Source: Clostridia bacterium
GTDB lineage: Bacteria; Bacillota; Clostridia; TANB77; CAG-508
NCBI GenBank assembly: GCA_017429505.1
Contig: JAFROW010000002.1
Span: 18,609 to 82,608, forward strand
DNA: 64,000 nucleotides
Direction: 5' to 3'
Positions 18,644 to 29,504 of this stretch are shown piece after piece. The notes under the pieces are model-generated. The model did no database searches, was not told the DNA's origin, and was given only the letters and a program-made list of their open reading frames with translations. Made by a program: the position numbers and the translations under genes. Every line of letters starts with the position of its first letter. Within the stretch, counting starts at the first letter, position 1.

Positions 18644-21600
18644 CTAGATTGTCGAAATTCCAAGAGTCTTTTCTTCCAATACATCTAGCAATACATTTAC
18701 TGTATCTAACGCTGTAAACATTGGAATATTGTTTTCTACTGCACAACCTCTAATTTTTGCACCATCAGATTCTTGATTTATAGATTCTAAGTCACGTGTA
18801 CTAATAACGTAGCTTACATATCCTTTTCTCATTGAGTCTAGGATTTCTTCGCTTCCTTCACTTATTTTCTTTTTTATTCTTGTTCTAATTCCATTTTGTT
18901 TTAAAAATTGAGCAGTTCCTTTTGTTGCTTCTATATTAAATCCTAAATTATAGAATCTTCTAATTAAAGGAAGAGCTAGTTCTTTGTCTTTGTCTGCAAT
19001 ACTTACAAAAATTGTTCCGTAATTTGAAAGTTTCATTCCTGAAGATTGTAATGCCTTGTATAATGCTCTTGTAAGTTTTGTATCATATCCAATTGCTTCT
19101 CCTGTAGATTTCATCTCTGGAGATAAATATGCATCCATTCCTTTTAATTTTGAGAATGAAAATGCTGGTGCTTTTACATACCATCTTTCTTTTTCTTTTG
19201 GATAAACTTCTGTAATTCCCTGCTCCTTTAAAGTTTTTCCTAGCATTACAAGTGTTCCAATATCTGCTAAAGAATATCCTGTTGATTTTGATATAAATGG
19301 AACTGTTCTTGAAGATCTTGGGTTTACCTCTATTACATAAACATTTTCATCTTTATCTACTATAAATTGGATATTGTAAAGTCCTTTTATTCCAATACCT
19401 AATCCCAATTTTATTGTATAATCTATTATATCTTGCTTTGCTTTTTGGCTAACACTAAATGTTGGATAAATACTTATACTGTCTCCTGAGTGAATTCCTG
19501 TTTTTTCAACATGCTCCATAATTCCTGGAATAAATACATCTTTTCCATCACACACTGCGTCTACTTCTAACTCTTTTCCCATTATATATTTATCTACTAA
19601 TACAGGTTGTTTTACATTTATCTCAACTGCTGTTTTTAGGTATTTTTCTAAAGCCTTTCTATTTGAAACAATTTGCATAGCCCTTCCGCCTAAAACATAA
19701 CTTGGTCTTACTAAAACAGGATAACCAATTTCTTCTGCAGCATTTATTCCATCTTGAATATTTGTAACCGCTTCTCCCTTTGGTTGTAATAGTTTTAAAT
19801 CTTTCATAACTTTTTCAAAACTATCTCTATTTTCTGCTTTTTCTATCGCCTCAACGTCTGTCCCTATAAGTTTAACTCCAAGTTTAGTTAATGGTTCTGC
19901 AAGGTTAATTGCAGTTTGTCCACCAAGTGTTGCAATTACACCTTCAGGCTTTTCTAATTCTATTATATTCATAACATCTTCTACTGTAAGTGGCTCAAAA
20001 TACAGCTTATCACTTGTTGTGTAGTCTGTTGATACTGTTTCAGGATTATTGTTTATTATTATTGCCTCATATCCTGCTTCTTTTATTGTTTTTACAGCAT
20101 GAACTGTTGAATAATCAAATTCCACACCTTGTCCTATTCTAATAGGTCCTGCACCCAAAACAATTATTTTCTTTTTGTCACTTACAATTGATTCATTTTC
20201 TTCCTCATATGTAGAATAAAAATATGGAACATAACTTTCAAATTCACTACTACAAGTATCTATCATTTTATACACTGGGAAAATCTTTTTTCTTTTTCTT
20301 AATAAATAGATTTCTTCTTCTGTCTTATTCCAAACCTGTGCAATATATTTATCACTAAATCCCATTTTTTTAGCTTGTTTTAAAACCTCTATATCATCTA
20401 GATTATACTTAACTATATTCTCCATTTTGATAATGTTTTTTATTTTTTCTAAAAAGAACATATCAATTTTAGTTTTGTTATATATTAATCCTAAATCTAT
20501 TTTTCTTCTTATTAGTTCTGCAATTGCGTAAATTCTGTCATCTCTTCCATCTTCAATATATTCCATCATTTCTTCTGTAGGCATTTTGTTAAATTTTTTA
20601 TTATAAATATGGCATACCTTTATTTCAAGTGATCTTATAGCTTTAAGTAAGCTTTCTTCAAAGGTTCTTCCAATGCTCATTACTTCACCTGTTGCCTTCA
20701 TTTGAGTACCTAATTTATTTGAAGCACTAACAAATTTATCAAATGGAAATCTTGCAATTTTTGTTACAATATAATCTAATGCAGGTTCAAAACTTGCAGG
20801 TGTGTTTGCAATTTGAATTTCGTCTAATGTCATTCCAACAGCAATTTTTGCAGAAACTCTTGCAATAGGATAACCACTAGCTTTTGAAGCTAATGCTGAT
20901 GAACGAGACACTCTTGGGTTTACTTCTATTAAATAATATTTAAAAGAATGAGGATCTAAAGCAAATTGCACATTACATCCACCTTCTATTTTAAGCTCTC
21001 TTATTATTTTTAATGCACTATCTCTTAGCATGTGATATTCTTTGTTTGTTAATGTTTGACTTGGTGCTACAACTATTGAATCACCTGTATGTACTCCAAC
21101 TGGATCTAAATTTTCCATATTACACACAGTAATTGCCGTATCATTACTGTCTCTCATTACTTCATATTCAATTTCTTTATAACCTTTAATGCTTTTTTCA
21201 ACTAAAACTTGATGTACAGGAGAAAGTTTTAAAGCATGCTTCATAATTTCTTCAAGTTCCTCTTTATTGTCTGCAAATCCTCCACCTGTACCACCTAAAG
21301 TAAATGCTGGTCTTAAAACAACAGGGTATCCAATTTTTTCAGCAGCCACTTCTCCTTCTTCTATTGAATGAGCTATTATTGACTCTAAAACTGGCTCTCC
21401 TAAGCTCTCACATAGTTCTTTAAATTTTTCTCTATCTTCTGCTCGTTCTATACTTTCACTGCTTGTTCCTAATAACTCTACTTGGCATTCCTGCAATACC
21501 CCTTTTTTATATAATTGCATTGCAATATTTAGTCCTGTTTGTCCACCAATTCCTGGAAGAATAGCATCAGGTCTTTCATATCTTATAATTTTTGCTACAT

Positions 21601-21826
21601 ATTCAAGTGTTAAAGGTTCCATATATATTTTGTCTGCAATACTTGTATCTGTCATAATCGTTGCAGGATTTGAGTTTACAAGTATAACTTTGTATCCTTC
21701 CTCTTTTAAGGCTAAACATGCTTGTGTCCCTGCATAATCAAATTCTGCAGCTTGTCCTATAACTATAGGTCCCGAACCTATTACTAATACTGTTTTTATA
21801 TCTTTTCTTTTTGGCATTTTTTTCAC
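18644..21826 (-). CDS. carB: Carbamoyl-phosphate synthase large subunit.
   Basis: 1060 aa with duplicated ATP-grasp halves and a C-terminal MGS-like domain. Confidence 0.95.
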   Translation of the reverse strand: MKKMPKRKDIKTVLVIGSGPIVIGQAAEFDYAGTQACLALKEEGYKVILVNSNPATIMTDTSIADKIYMEPLTLEYVAKIIRYERPDAILPGIGGQTGLNIAMQLYKKGVLQECQVELLGTSSESIERAEDREKFKELCESLGEPVLESIIAHSIEEGEVAAEKIGYPVVLRPAFTLGGTGGGFADNKEELEEIMKHALKLSPVHQVLVEKSIKGYKEIEYEVMRDSNDTAITVCNMENLDPVGVHTGDSIVVAPSQTLTNKEYHMLRDSALKIIRELKIEGGCNVQFALDPHSFKYYLIEVNPRVSRSSALASKASGYPIARVSAKIAVGMTLDEIQIANTPASFEPALDYIVTKIARFPFDKFVSASNKLGTQMKATGEVMSIGRTFEESLLKAIRSLEIKVCHIYNKKFNKMPTEEMMEYIEDGRDDRIYAIAELIRRKIDLGLIYNKTKIDMFFLEKIKNIIKMENIVKYNLDDIEVLKQAKKMGFSDKYIAQVWNKTEEEIYLLRKRKKIFPVYKMIDTCSSEFESYVPYFYSTYEEENESIVSDKKKIIVLGAGPIRIGQGVEFDYSTVHAVKTIKEAGYEAIIINNNPETVSTDYTTSDKLYFEPLTVEDVMNIIELEKPEGVIATLGGQTAINLAEPLTKLGVKLIGTDVEAIEKAENRDSFEKVMKDLKLLQPKGEAVTNIQDGINAAEEIGYPVLVRPSYVLGGRAMQIVSNRKALEKYLKTAVEINVKQPVLVDKYIMGKELEVDAVCDGKDVFIPGIMEHVEKTGIHSGDSISIYPTFSVSQKAKQDIIDYTIKLGLGIGIKGLYNIQFIVDKDENVYVIEVNPRSSRTVPFISKSTGYSLADIGTLVMLGKTLKEQGITEVYPKEKERWYVKAPAFSFSKLKGMDAYLSPEMKSTGEAIGYDTKLTRALYKALQSSGMKLSNYGTIFVSIADKDKELALPLIRRFYNLGFNIEATKGTAQFLKQNGIRTRIKKKISEGSEEILDSMRKGYVSYVISTRDLESINQESDGAKIRGCAVENNIPMFTALDTVNVLLDVLEEKTLGISTI

Positions 21827-21976
21827 TCCTTCATTCTATTATTTTAGAATACATAAGCATTTTGAGAAATAATCTTATTTAACTTCATAGCATAAAAATT
21901 ATTTATATTTTTTTAGAGTTAAACGAAAGTTAGCTAAGATTATTCAATAAATAGTTATATATTCAATTAAGTAACT

Positions 21977-23056
21977 TTACTTATTCATAAGACTTATAAA
22001 TTGATCAAACAAATAGCTTGAATCTTGTGGCCCTGGTGCACTCTCCGGATGATATTGAACACTGAAGATTTTATCTTTTTTACACTCTACACCTTCTATT
22101 GTATTATCAAGCAAGTTTTTATGAGTTGCTACAAGCTCTGTGTTTTTTAAAGAATTTTCATTGACTGCGTAACTATGGTTTTGGCTTGTAATCTCTATTT
22201 TTCCTGTTTTTAAATTTTTTACAGGATGATTTCCACCTCTGTGTCCAAATTTTAGTTTATATGTTTTAGCTCCATAAGCTAAACTTATAAGTTGATGTCC
22301 TAGACAAATGCCAAAAATCGGATATTTTCCCTTTAATTTTTTCACTATTTCTATTACTTCAGGTACATTTTCAGGGTCTCCTGGACCATTTGATAAAAAA
22401 ACTCCATCAGGCTTTAATTCTTCAATTCTTTCTGCTGTAGTATTATATGGAACAATTGTAACATTACATCCCCTCTTTTTTAAACTTCTTATAATATTTA
22501 GCTTTATTCCACAATCAATTGCAACTACATTAAATTTTGGATTTGAAGTTCTTGAATACCATTTTTTCTTACAACTTACCTTTGATACTGCATCTTTTGG
22601 TATTTCGTAATTTTTAAGTTTCTGAATTGCTTCTTCTTTTGTTGTTGAAATATCTGTAATCAAAACCAATCTACTTCCTTTATCTCTTATGCTTCTAGTA
22701 AGCATTCGTGTGTCTATTCCATAAATACCAGGAATACTATTTTCTTCTAAATATTCTGATAAAGTTTTTGTATACCTAAAATTACTTGGCATATCGTTAT
22801 ATTCTCTTACAATTAATCCTCCAATAGTAGGTTTTGTTGTTTCATAGTCATCATCTGTAATTCCATAATTTCCAATTAAAGGATATGTCATCACAACCAT
22901 TTGATAAGTATATGAAGGATCTGAAACAATTTCTTGATACCCAACCATAGAAGTGTTAAAAACTATTTCACAAATTGCCTCTTTATCTGCTCCAAAACCA
23001 TATCCTAAAAATTCTAATCCATCTTCTAAAACTATTTTTTTATTAAAATTTTGCAT
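21977..23056 (-). CDS. carA: Carbamoyl-phosphate synthase small subunit (glutamine amidotransferase).
   Basis: GICLGHQL GATase motif and the CPSase small-chain N-terminus. Confidence 0.9.
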   Translation of the reverse strand: MQNFNKKIVLEDGLEFLGYGFGADKEAICEIVFNTSMVGYQEIVSDPSYTYQMVVMTYPLIGNYGITDDDYETTKPTIGGLIVREYNDMPSNFRYTKTLSEYLEENSIPGIYGIDTRMLTRSIRDKGSRLVLITDISTTKEEAIQKLKNYEIPKDAVSKVSCKKKWYSRTSNPKFNVVAIDCGIKLNIIRSLKKRGCNVTIVPYNTTAERIEELKPDGVFLSNGPGDPENVPEVIEIVKKLKGKYPIFGICLGHQLISLAYGAKTYKLKFGHRGGNHPVKNLKTGKIEITSQNHSYAVNENSLKNTELVATHKNLLDNTIEGVECKKDKIFSVQYHPESAPGPQDSSYLFDQFISLMNK

Positions 23057-23190
23057 TTTTGCTCACATTCCTTTCCTTCAAGACATAAAATCTAATGAAA
23101 ATAATTTATTAGCAAATTATTCTTCAAACTCTCTTACTTCTTTATTTAAATATATTTTTAATTCTCAAATAAAATTTTTTACAACCAATA

Positions 23191-23281
23191 TATTTATTTT
23201 TTAGAATAAATTTCTACGCACCCCTTTTTTGAGGCATAGCATGAGGATTAACCACAGCCTATTTTGACCATACTTTTAGTC
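23191..23281 (-). repeat. Copy 3 (inverted) of the ~95-nt intergenic repeat element, located upstream of carA.
   Basis: The reverse complement of 23191..23281 aligns with copies 1 and 2 (gactaaaagtatggtc...taatcctcatg...aaaaaaggggtgcgtagaaatttattctaaaaaata). A partial second core, gcgtagaaattt, occurs on the other strand at 23385..23396. Confidence 0.55.
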
Positions 23282-23462
23282 ATAAAATAAGAACTCTTAT
23301 ATAAACTATGCTTATTATCAATTCTTGTAACATATAAGAGCATTATTATCCTACGTTTCTTAGCTTTTGTTTAGTTGCAAATTTAGCGTAGAAATTTTTT
23401 TTATTATTTACTTATTTTTCCACCTCCTCACAAAAAAAGATGAAAATATTTCATTCCATCTT

Positions 23463-24527
23463 TTAAATACTTAATACAACTAAATCTTTTGGAGATTTAG
23501 TTAAAACTTCTTGTTCATCTTTTGTAATTAAAATTGTATCTTCTATACGAACGCCAAAGTTACCTGGAATATATATTCCTGGCTCATTTGTAACTACCAT
23601 TTTTTCTTTTAAACAATTATCATTTGAATCTCTAATAAAAGGAGGTTCATGAATATCAAGACCAACACCATGACCTAAACCATGAGCCATATCATAACCT
23701 TCTAATGCAAAATTACTTTTTACAATTTTTGCAACGTCTTTTATACTTGCTCCATCTCTCATTTCGTATAAAGATTTTAATTGATTTTTAAGTACTAAAT
23801 CATATACATATTTTTGTTCATCTGTTGGAGTGCCTAAAAATATTGTTCTTGTCATATCAGAACAATATCCATTTATTTTACATCCCATATCTATTGTAAT
23901 AATATCGTTTTCTTCAATAATTCTATCTGTAGGAATAGCATGAGGCTTTGATGAGTTTTCTCCTGAGGCAACAATAGGTTCAAAAGAAACACCCTCAGCA
24001 TTATCCATATAGTATTTTTCAATAGCCCTCGCTATTTGTTTTTCTGTCATTCCAGGTTTAATATAATCTCTTAAAAAAGCAAAACAATCATCAGTAATTT
24101 TGCATGCTTCTTTTAAATTATTTATTTCCTGTTCATCTTTTATCATTCTTAGTTTATTTATTATGCTTTCAGCTTCTACAAAATTATTAATCTTATATAA
24201 ATGCATAAATTTTTTGTATGATGCATAAGTCACATAATTTTCTTCAAATCCTACATTTTCGCAAAACATAAAGAAATTTTCAAAATCATCTTTTGAAATA
24301 TTTTTAAAATCGTCAACAACAATTTCGTCAAAAGGAGTAATTTTATTACTTACATATTCTATATATCTACTATCTGTTACATAAACATTTTCTTTTCTAG
24401 TAATTAATAAAATCCCTTCTGCCTCCAATCCTGTAAAATATTTTACATTTGTTGGATTACTTATTATCATACCTTGTAAATTTAATCCAGCCATTTTGTT
24501 TCTAAGGCCTAAAATCCTGTCGTTCAT
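23463..24527 (-). CDS. pepP: Xaa-Pro aminopeptidase/dipeptidase (M24B).
   Basis: Creatinase-like N-terminal domain plus M24 metal ligands (HGLGHGVGLDIHE, NEPGIY). Confidence 0.85.
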   Translation of the reverse strand: MNDRILGLRNKMAGLNLQGMIISNPTNVKYFTGLEAEGILLITRKENVYVTDSRYIEYVSNKITPFDEIVVDDFKNISKDDFENFFMFCENVGFEENYVTYASYKKFMHLYKINNFVEAESIINKLRMIKDEQEINNLKEACKITDDCFAFLRDYIKPGMTEKQIARAIEKYYMDNAEGVSFEPIVASGENSSKPHAIPTDRIIEENDIITIDMGCKINGYCSDMTRTIFLGTPTDEQKYVYDLVLKNQLKSLYEMRDGASIKDVAKIVKSNFALEGYDMAHGLGHGVGLDIHEPPFIRDSNDNCLKEKMVVTNEPGIYIPGNFGVRIEDTILITKDEQEVLTKSPKDLVVLSI

Positions 24528-24581
24528 ATATCATCCCTTCTTATTCTCGCTCTCTTTTTATTAAAATATAATAAATTATTG

Positions 24582-25340
24582 CTATTTATTCCTACTATAT
24601 AATCCAAGTGTAAATATGTTTGATAATACCATTATAATCATTTCATAAGGTACAAATATAGCTATAAATGTAGCTATAACAATAAATGGTCCAAATGGTA
24701 TGTATTCATCCATTTTTCTAATTTTTGTCGCTAGTAATATTATGCTCAATATTGCTCCTATTAAAAAAGACATTAATGTTATTATTATAATATTTGTAAG
24801 TCCAAAATATAGTCCTAATGCTCCCATTAGTTTAACATCACCAAGTCCCATTGCTTCCTTCCCATAAATTAGTCCTCCAATAAGAGTAAGTCCTAAAAAT
24901 ATTCCTCCACCTGCAATCATTCCAAGTACCATATTTATAGAAATTGCAACATTTGAAAGTCCATATATAAATGTAAAAAAAAGACCAACTTCAAAAATTG
25001 TAAGATTAAGTCTATTTGGGATTATCTGTAATTTGTAATCTATTACAAATGCAGATATTAACATTGGTGTTAATATTAAATATTTTATTAATTCTAAATT
25101 TTCAATAAATGTTTGTTTTATTCCAAATTTATATAAAATTAAAACATATAAAACTGCTATTAAAATCATCAAAATATAATTTGGTTTAAACTGCTTTTTA
25201 TATTCTTTTATAGCACCTCTAGTAAAAATTGGCTTCTCATCAGGTAAACGTTTATTCATCCAATTCACTAATTCACCTACAAATAATCCTAGAATAGATA
25301 CTATTATATAATAACCTATATTTACATCATTAAAATACAT
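24582..25340 (-). CDS. Prepilin (type IV / class III signal) peptidase, short form without the N-terminal Zn-finger domain.
   Basis: Polytopic membrane protein with a GLGDVKL Asp-box and a second catalytic Asp region. About 250 aa, which is ComC-like in length. Confidence 0.8.
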   Translation of the reverse strand: MYFNDVNIGYYIIVSILGLFVGELVNWMNKRLPDEKPIFTRGAIKEYKKQFKPNYILMILIAVLYVLILYKFGIKQTFIENLELIKYLILTPMLISAFVIDYKLQIIPNRLNLTIFEVGLFFTFIYGLSNVAISINMVLGMIAGGGIFLGLTLIGGLIYGKEAMGLGDVKLMGALGLYFGLTNIIIITLMSFLIGAILSIILLATKIRKMDEYIPFGPFIVIATFIAIFVPYEMIIMVLSNIFTLGLYSRNK

Positions 25341-25400
25341 CTCTCAAATCATTCCCTCCATTTTTATATGGAAAAAATTGATATTTTGTCTACGCAAAAT

Positions 25401-25898
25401 TCAATTATTTTTCAAATCTTTTAGCTTTTGTTTAAAAATATTTTCTAGAGGTCTTTTCCACGCTGTGTACCAATAATCCTTTGGAGTAACAGGGTCTACA
25501 AGTATTGTAAACATTTTGCTTCTATTTCCGCCAATTATATCTGTAAAAATTTGATCCCCTACAACTCCGATATTTTTAGGTTCAAAATTTAATTCATTTT
25601 GAATTTGCTTAAAGCCCTTTCTTGAAGGTTTTTTTGCAAATAATTTATATGGTATTTCTAACTTTTTAGCTACCATTTCTACTTTTTCTTTCTTATTTGT
25701 ATTAGACAAAATATATAGCTTTATTCCTTGACCTTGCATCTCGCCTGCCCATTTAATAACATCATCTGATAAATTTTTATAATAATCTATCAAGGTATTG
25801 TCTACATCAAGAATTAGTGCCTTAATATTATTTTTTATTAAAAAATTAATACTTATATCTTGTACTTTTTTATAATACGCGTTTGGATATATGTTCAT
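25401..25898 (-). CDS. YqeG-family HAD phosphatase.
   Basis: LILDVDNTL...ILSN...VGDQIFTDI. Confidence 0.8.
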   Translation of the reverse strand: MNIYPNAYYKKVQDISINFLIKNNIKALILDVDNTLIDYYKNLSDDVIKWAGEMQGQGIKLYILSNTNKKEKVEMVAKKLEIPYKLFAKKPSRKGFKQIQNELNFEPKNIGVVGDQIFTDIIGGNRSKMFTILVDPVTPKDYWYTAWKRPLENIFKQKLKDLKNN

Positions 25899-25945
25899 AA
25901 ATGCCTCACTTTTTTATAATTTTATGCTATTATATTTTTTTATTT

Positions 25946-26638
25946 TTATTTTATAATAAACACAACACATAAAATAATTGCTCTAATTATAGTGCTTAAA
26001 AATAAACTATAATTTGTTGCTTTTATTCCTAAATTATTTAATTTGTCATATTCATTAACTATTCTTTCAATTTCTAATTTATTAGATATATTTTCTTGTT
26101 CCATATATTCTTTTGCTAAAAATCTTGCCTTTGTCATTGCATCATCTTCTAAATAGCTTCTTACAAAATAGTATATAAAACTAAAAATGATATACATACT
26201 TAAAATTAACATTTTATTTGGTATAAATTTTACTATTCCTAACAAAATTAATGTGTAGAAGCATACAATATAGAAACATGAAAATATATAATTAAATAGC
26301 AGTATTCTTCTATCTTGCACAGAATGAAGACATTCATGTGCTATAGTTTGTATGCGAGTAAAACTTTCTCTCATATTAGCTATTATGATTTTATCCGAAA
26401 CTGCTATATATAAACAATTATTAGCTTTTTTATCTTCTTGTATTTCTACTTTTTCGTTATTTATTTTTTTTAAAATTGATTTGCAAATATCTATATTAGA
26501 TGGATATTTTTTTACTATATCATCTAGTTCCTTGTTATTTTCTGCAATTTGCTTTATTTCCTTTATATTTATTTGATAAACCACTTTTATCAGTATTATG
26601 GTTATTATTAATAAAAAAATTATTATAAAAAATTCCAT
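25946..26638 (-). CDS. Membrane protein with an HExxH motif (putative Zn-metalloprotease-like).
   Basis: HECLH motif between an N-terminal TM helix and a C-terminal multi-TM region. Confidence 0.45.
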   Translation of the reverse strand: MEFFIIIFLLIITIILIKVVYQINIKEIKQIAENNKELDDIVKKYPSNIDICKSILKKINNEKVEIQEDKKANNCLYIAVSDKIIIANMRESFTRIQTIAHECLHSVQDRRILLFNYIFSCFYIVCFYTLILLGIVKFIPNKMLILSMYIIFSFIYYFVRSYLEDDAMTKARFLAKEYMEQENISNKLEIERIVNEYDKLNNLGIKATNYSLFLSTIIRAIILCVVFIIK

Positions 26639-26827
26639 TTTAGAACTTCTCCTTTTTTAAGACACAAGTATTATTAATAGCATATTTATAATTGCTATTT
26701 ACTATATTGTCTCAAATCATAATTTATTTTTATATAACAACCAAAAAAATCTATATTTTAAATTATTAATTTAGCCTAATCATTTCTTAACAAATTATAT
26801 TCTCGGCTAACTCTTGTTAAATCTAAC

Positions 26828-27160
26828 TTAAATTAAATCTTTTACAGATTCTGCTATAATCTTATTCACATCACCTATTAAAATATTAAACTTAAGCTCT
26901 GCATCAAAATATTTTTTTGCCTCTTCTTGTTCAATTAATTCTGCATAAATCTCTTGAACTTTTTTAATCTTATCTTCATCGTGTTTTCCTGTTTGAAGCA
27001 TTTCTACTTGCTCTTCATATCTTGCTTTTTCAAACTCTTCTAATTTCTTTTTTAAATCGAAATTTAAATTAATTGCTTGTTTTGCCATTTTGAAATTCAC
27101 ATATTCTTCAGATTCTTTTATTTCTGAAGCCAATCTATTTGCTGTGTCATATACTTGCAT
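26828..27160 (-). CDS. YlbF/YmcA-family (UPF0342) regulatory protein.
   Basis: Size (~110 aa) and the helical pattern typical of the YlbF family. Confidence 0.65.
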   Translation of the reverse strand: MQVYDTANRLASEIKESEEYVNFKMAKQAINLNFDLKKKLEEFEKARYEEQVEMLQTGKHDEDKIKKVQEIYAELIEQEEAKKYFDAELKFNILIGDVNKIIAESVKDLI

Positions 27161-27183
27161 AATTTTTCCTTTCTAAAGTTAAT

Positions 27184-27250
27184 TTGGGGACGGGGCAAAA
27201 ATTCACTTTAAACTTTTTATTTGTAAAGTGCATTTTTGCCCCGTCCCCAA
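27184..27250. terminator. Long, nearly perfect hairpin: a 19-bp GC-rich perfect stem (ttggggacggggcaaaaat / atttttgccccgtccccaa) extended by 7 more pairs after one mismatch, with a 13-nt loop.
   Basis: Read directly. It lies between the glycosyltransferase stop (27259) and the ylbF-like start (27160). It is the probable terminator or structural element for the minus-strand transcript. Confidence 0.55.
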
Positions 27251-27258
27251 ATGCACTC

Positions 27259-28545
27259 TTAAGCATAAGCCTGATTTTTTCTGTTAAATGGTATTAGTTT
27301 AGAAATTTCATTTTTAGCTTTTCTTACTTTTCCAGCTTTAGCTTGTTCAATTTCTTTACGTTGTTTTTCTGCCATTGTCTCACATATTGCTTTTTGATAA
27401 ATAAAATGTGTGTCTTGTGCAATTTTGTTCCAATTGTATTCATTTCTTACTTTTAATTTTGCTTTTTTTGTAATATTTGCACATAACTCTGGATTGTATA
27501 ATAATTCTAGAATTGAGTCTGCAATTGAGTTTGCATTTCCTGCATAACATTTCATTCCATTTTCTCTATGTTGTACTATTTCGTTAAGACCTCCAATATC
27601 TGATACAACTACAGGTCTTTCTGAAAGCATTGCTTCTAATGCAACAATTCCAAATGGTTCATAAGTACTTGGAAATACCGCTATATCAGCTGCTTTATAT
27701 AATCTTGCAACATCTTTACCATTTACATACCCTGCAAAATATACTTTCTGTCCTAGTCCTAAATTTTCTGCCTCTTGTCTTAATTCGTCTATCATTCCGC
27801 CTTTTCCAGCTATTACAAGTTTTGCGTCATTATATCCTGCTAAAATTTTTGGCATTGCAGCAATTAGGTGTTGTATTCCTTTTTCATATACTAATCTTCC
27901 AACAAAAAGAATTATTTTTTCGTTGTCCATTGCATATCTTCTTCTAAATTCGTAATCTCTATCTATTCCTGAATATGTTAATAAATTAACTCCATTAGGA
28001 ACAACATTTATTTTTTCAAATGGTAATCCAAATAATCTTTGAAGTTCGCCTTTCATATAATTACTATTTACTATAACTTCTGTTGATTCATATGTTAACA
28101 TCCACTCTGTATCATTTATGTATTTTTGTTGTGCATCTCTTATTCCGCTATTTCTTCCTGCTTCTGTTGCATGAATTGTAGAAATAAGTGGAATATCGAA
28201 AGAATGCTTTAAAGTTTTTGCTGCATAAGCAACTAACCAATCATGAGCATGTATAACATCAAATTTTCCTTCTTTTTGAATAATTTCTGATGCTTTAGCC
28301 ACCATATTAAAGTTTAATTGCATTATCCAATCTATAAAATTAGTTGCATTAATCATAAAGTTATCTACTCTATAAACTTTTACTCCCTTATCTACTTCGT
28401 AATAAGGTGCATCTCCTTCTTTGTAAGTTACAACTGTAACTTCATGTCCATCTTTGATTAATCTTTTTGATAAATCGTTTACTACTCTTGAAATTCCCCC
28501 TACTATTCTTGGTGGATATTCCCATGTTAACATTAGGATTTTCAT
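27259..28545 (-). CDS. Family-4 glycosyltransferase with a C-terminal extension.
   Basis: GT-B fold motifs (EPFG...E) and an N-terminal GGISR motif. Confidence 0.85.
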   Translation of the reverse strand: MKILMLTWEYPPRIVGGISRVVNDLSKRLIKDGHEVTVVTYKEGDAPYYEVDKGVKVYRVDNFMINATNFIDWIMQLNFNMVAKASEIIQKEGKFDVIHAHDWLVAYAAKTLKHSFDIPLISTIHATEAGRNSGIRDAQQKYINDTEWMLTYESTEVIVNSNYMKGELQRLFGLPFEKINVVPNGVNLLTYSGIDRDYEFRRRYAMDNEKIILFVGRLVYEKGIQHLIAAMPKILAGYNDAKLVIAGKGGMIDELRQEAENLGLGQKVYFAGYVNGKDVARLYKAADIAVFPSTYEPFGIVALEAMLSERPVVVSDIGGLNEIVQHRENGMKCYAGNANSIADSILELLYNPELCANITKKAKLKVRNEYNWNKIAQDTHFIYQKAICETMAEKQRKEIEQAKAGKVRKAKNEISKLIPFNRKNQAYA

Positions 28546-28788
28546 CTTTATTCCCTTTCCTTCCTAGGTACAAAATCATTAAAAATGCTATTATTTTAAC
28601 TTTTAATCTACGTATTTCTTTATTTTTCGCATTTTCACTTTTGCCCCTTTCGAATGTGTATTTCTTATTTTTCTTTAGCCACATAATCTCACTTAATATA
28701 TTCTATACAAAGTCCAATAAAAAGTAAAGGGTTTTTTGTAATTTTTTTAATTTTTTTGTAGATTTTTGGTTAGCAGTTAAACTTCTTT

Positions 28789-29358
28789 TTATTTTTCGAT
28801 AATATATAGGAATATTTTTCGGTGATTTGTGGATATTAGGCCCCGAATTTTAAAAACGTTGAATCTTCCTCCGCACTTGCCACATCTATATTTTCTAGTA
28901 AAATTTCTTCTTACTCTTTGTCTAAAAAAATTATAATTGCAATCTTCACAAACAATTTTATAGTTAAAATTTATTGGCTTTTCTGTAAACTCTAAATTGC
29001 TTATGCTAAAATCTCGTTCTTTATTTCCAGTTCGCGAAATATTATACCCTAATTTTTCGTTTATAACTTTTGCATAATTTTTAAAATATTCTCCATGATT
29101 GTTGCATCTTGGCATACAATGTATTAGCTCATGCATTATTGTATTTTTTATTATATCTTCATTTAAATCCATTACCCATTCGCTTATTTCTATTTTAAAT
29201 CTATCTTTTGAAATCTTTTTGCAACAACCATATCTCTTTTTGCTTCTTGTATTTATTTTTATTTCAATTATTCTATTTTTTTGCACATCTATATTTATAG
29301 ATTTCAATTCTTCTATGCATTGTTCAAATAGTTTCTCCAATTTTTCTTGTTTGTTCAT
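28789..29358 (-). CDS. SprT-like Zn-metalloprotease with a C-terminal zinc ribbon.
   Basis: HELIH motif plus CxxC...CxxC. Confidence 0.75.
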   Translation of the reverse strand: MNKQEKLEKLFEQCIEELKSINIDVQKNRIIEIKINTRSKKRYGCCKKISKDRFKIEISEWVMDLNEDIIKNTIMHELIHCMPRCNNHGEYFKNYAKVINEKLGYNISRTGNKERDFSISNLEFTEKPINFNYKIVCEDCNYNFFRQRVRRNFTRKYRCGKCGGRFNVFKIRGLISTNHRKIFLYIIEK

Positions 29359-29504
29359 ATTATCACCAAAAGTATTTTATTTATTCTGAAGGAATTTGTC
29401 AAATTATTTTAGAATTTTTATTATATACTTTTGAATATGATTTCCTAGACAAAAAAATATGTGAAACTTTTTATACATAAACTATATAAAAAGTTCCACA
29501 TATT

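Noticed and set aside
23208-23396. The 12-bp inverted repeat pair aaatttctacgc / gcgtagaaattt, 165 bp apart, as MITE-like terminal repeats.
   Set aside because: The second arm is better explained as a partial extra copy of the repeat-element core. The arms are too short and too far apart to call terminal inverted repeats with confidence.
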